A stretch of DNA of 64,000 nucleotides from a virus, in the IMG/VR virus record IMGVR_UViG_3300042399_002267. The stretch is one strand, 5' to 3'. Shown piece by piece: positions 61,537 to 64,000 of the stretch. How positions within the stretch are numbered: the first letter of the stretch is position 1; each line of letters starts with the position of its first letter. The notes under the pieces were generated by a model, which was given only the letters and a program-made list of their open reading frames with translations, made no database searches and was not told the origin of the DNA. A program made the translations under genes and the position numbers.

Positions 61537-62391
61537 TTACTGAGATAATAAATTTGTTTCTGAAGTGATCAATGAATGTAAAGAAAAATGCAATTCAATT
61601 GGATAGTTTAAGCCACCAATAGGAATAAATTTAAAACTTTCTTTTTTGTCTTTTTCAACATACATGACAACTGAATCAAATTTCTTACCAGCAGGCTTCA
61701 TATTTGTTATGAATATCTTACCTTTGTTTTCAAAAATAATCAAACCTGCTCCACCTCTTGGAGAAAAAGAAACTTTCAATATACCAGATTTTTTAGGATT
61801 TATAACCACAACAATGTCATTTCCATATTGACCTTTAATTGCTAATGGTATTGGATCTCCAAGACGAAAACTTGACGGAATATCATAATCCACTTCTTTA
61901 TCAATTTCAAAATAATATTTATTTTGATAAAAGGGCAAAGAAGACATTGTTTCATTTGATGATCCAAACTTGTAAACTATGGAATCACTTTTTTGAAAAT
62001 CGCCTTCGATGATTCCTGATATTGTTTCTGATGGATCTAAAACACTGGAACAGTTTAAAATTGCATCAAGCGGCTTTGCATACATGAAATTTTTGGTTGC
62101 TATTGTTCCAGCTTTTTCAGGTGATTGATCTGAATAAGATCCTTTTTTCAGATTCTTTACTGTTTTTGAAGTATTGATTGTAAAACTTTGTTTTTTATCA
62201 GTTCCATTTTTGTAATGATAAAAATACCTTACTCTAGTATTTTGTTTATAATTATTCTTGTAGATAATTCCAGGTTTTTTTATTGTTTCTGGAGTATTCA
62301 AATAAACAAAATGAGTTGATGATGCGTGATATAGATATAAAGCAGTTAAAAGAGCTTTAATTGATAAAAGAAATTTAGTAAACAACGCCAT
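61537..62391 (-). CDS. Putative exported protein with an N-terminal signal-like segment
   Basis: Hydrophobic N-terminus (FLLSIKALLTALYLYHASS); LNTPE..PGIIY..RYFYHY.N, GQYG and SPRGG motifs. Confidence 0.5.
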   Translation of the reverse strand: MALFTKFLLSIKALLTALYLYHASSTHFVYLNTPETIKKPGIIYKNNYKQNTRVRYFYHYKNGTDKKQSFTINTSKTVKNLKKGSYSDQSPEKAGTIATKNFMYAKPLDAILNCSSVLDPSETISGIIEGDFQKSDSIVYKFGSSNETMSSLPFYQNKYYFEIDKEVDYDIPSSFRLGDPIPLAIKGQYGNDIVVVINPKKSGILKVSFSPRGGAGLIIFENKGKIFITNMKPAGKKFDSVVMYVEKDKKESFKFIPIGGLNYPIELHFSLHSLITSETNLLSQ

Positions 62392-62501
62392 TGTTATCTC
62401 CCCCTAAAATAACCTTAACTAAAATATTATTCGAGTTTGTAGGGCTAGAACACTGTATTTGAGAAAAAAACAGATAGTGTATATTATTTACAGGGATAAA
62501 A

Positions 62502-64000
62502 ATGTTCAATTTCAAAAAATTCGCTAACGATTTAAACTTTGCAGAAAAAGTAGATATCAAATCTATTCCCGGCACTTTAGAGCAAAAAGTAGAATGGGTT
62601 AAAAATTGGTTTTTAAGAAATGGTGTTGAACTTAGTGTTCAAGATGCATATGCAATGCTTGGACATGTGCCACTTGGACCAGAAGCTCAACATTTAGAGA
62701 AATATAGAGCGAATATTAATCAACTTCGTGATTTGGCTGGAGATGCGCTGAAGCAAATTGTTTTATCTCAAAGACCTGATCTTCGACAAAGAGTTATGAA
62801 TGGTGAGAAAGATGCCAAAAAGGAACTTGATAGATTAATATATGTTACAGTGTCCAGTAAACTTGGCGCAATAGTTGAGCACACCATACAACTTGCAAAT
62901 CAAAAATTTATACCAGAATTGGTCAAACTTCATTCTTCTTCAACAAGAACACTTTTAGATGTCGATGCATTGAGAAAATATGATTCTCCAGAAGAAATTG
63001 CAACCATTCAAAACTTTATTAGTGAAGAGATCATGAGATTAAAGAATGAAATAAACACTAAATTCTTAAGAATTTGGGAATCTTTCAATAAAATAAATCC
63101 TGATCTGACTCTTGATCATATGTTTTTTATTCTTCAAAATACAGCAAATCAAATTCTTAAAAATGAAGAAATTCCTCTGTCACCCGAAGATAAAGAAAAC
63201 ATCAAAGCTCAAGTGGTAGATTTAGCCAAATCAGTTCAGAACATGAACAACTCAGGAGCAGTATGGGCAAGAATATTATCATTGCATCCTGATGCTCCAA
63301 ATGTTGAAGAATGGAAACAGTTTATTCCAGATGAACTAAAGGCAACTTGGAATATTATTGCTGTCTTACAAATATTCCATAGACAACTTGAATATGAAGC
63401 TGTGCCTGTAAGAGTTGTTAGCAATGAAACTGGCAAAACAGAATTACTAGATACAAGTTATTTATATTTTTACCCAGGACTAAAACCTGATGGCACTAAG
63501 TTTGAATCAGATGCAGAAAAGAAGCAATTTGCATTGGATAGACTTAGAGATTGTGTTGAAAATGGTTATGAAAATGAAAGAATATTTTCTGCACTAAGTA
63601 TCACAATCAAAAAAGCTCCCAAAATTGATCAAACTGTAGTAGAAAATGCACCAGAAGATGAAGAACCATCCGAAGATTTAGAAATTTCTGAAGATACCAA
63701 GGCAGCTGAGCCAAAAGATAAAGATGCATCACTAATCAGATATTACTACAGATTTATTTGTACTAAATCTACTAATACCGCAAGCTTAATGCAAGCAAAT
63801 TCACAACTTGGTAGTTTCAGAAATGATTTAAGAGCTGCCGGATTAGGTCATGTGGCTGATTTATTATCAAAGGCATATGAAAAACAACCTGATCTTAGAT
63901 ACAGTGATTTGGATCTCATGTTCTTATCAGGAGAAGAAGGGAATATGATCAATGAACTTAGAGAAAATTATAATCTAGATGCTATTCCTTTCCCTGTGAA
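62502..64000 (+). CDS. Large hypothetical protein, truncated by the window edge (MFNFKKFA leader)
   Basis: Not in the ORF track. ATG 62502 with SD AGGGA; the frame reads open to the window end (MFNFKKFANDLNFAEKVDIK...NLDAIPFPV). Confidence 0.7.
   Translation, partial: MFNFKKFANDLNFAEKVDIKSIPGTLEQKVEWVKNWFLRNGVELSVQDAYAMLGHVPLGPEAQHLEKYRANINQLRDLAGDALKQIVLSQRPDLRQRVMNGEKDAKKELDRLIYVTVSSKLGAIVEHTIQLANQKFIPELVKLHSSSTRTLLDVDALRKYDSPEEIATIQNFISEEIMRLKNEINTKFLRIWESFNKINPDLTLDHMFFILQNTANQILKNEEIPLSPEDKENIKAQVVDLAKSVQNMNNSGAVWARILSLHPDAPNVEEWKQFIPDELKATWNIIAVLQIFHRQLEYEAVPVRVVSNETGKTELLDTSYLYFYPGLKPDGTKFESDAEKKQFALDRLRDCVENGYENERIFSALSITIKKAPKIDQTVVENAPEDEEPSEDLEISEDTKAAEPKDKDASLIRYYYRFICTKSTNTASLMQANSQLGSFRNDLRAAGLGHVADLLSKAYEKQPDLRYSDLDLMFLSGEEGNMINELRENYNLDAIPFPV

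Noticed and set aside
1-64000. Stop-codon reassignment, tRNA genes, CRISPR arrays
   Set aside because: Code-11 ORFs tile the window densely, and TAA, TAG and TGA all end genes at tight junctions. I saw no tRNA T-loop/cloverleaf and no regularly spaced direct repeats by eye; tRNAscan-SE and a CRISPR finder were not run.

Overview
This 64 kb window is a gene-dense, AT-rich fragment of a large tailed dsDNA phage genome (Caudoviricetes), with most genes on the minus strand. I found no rRNA, tRNA, CRISPR array or cellular housekeeping operon. From left to right it holds: (i) sugar-nucleotide genes (epimerase, methyltransferase, HddA-like kinase, and Glf further on); (ii) a head module (short HK97-fold major capsid protein resembling mycobacteriophage Bxz1-type capsids, decoration protein, acidic scaffold, 1394-aa prohead-protease polyprotein, portal fused to a DUF559-like nuclease, about 10 orphan head-associated proteins, large and small terminase); (iii) a near-complete bacterial-type replisome and recombination set (DnaE, DnaN, DnaX, HolA-like, DnaB, DnaC-like loader, split DnaG, gp32-like SSB, RecA, RecJ, split SbcC plus SbcD); (iv) nucleotide metabolism (PurA, Dut, NrdAB, deaminase); and (v) three sigma-factor-like genes (one SigH-like, one with zinc fingers) and SpoVS. 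The most interesting signal is an apparent peptide code shared by head and cargo proteins. It consists of a recurrent [KR]-[TLIVFY]-A-[SQ/small] motif (candidate prohead-protease site), two conserved N-terminal leader types (candidate capsid-targeting signals) and an IEKRL/RQEQL repeat. It is accompanied by a SigH-like late promoter (AGG[TA]-N16-NANAA) and several leaderless sigma70-type promoters. All family assignments come from motif recognition by eye; no database search was run.
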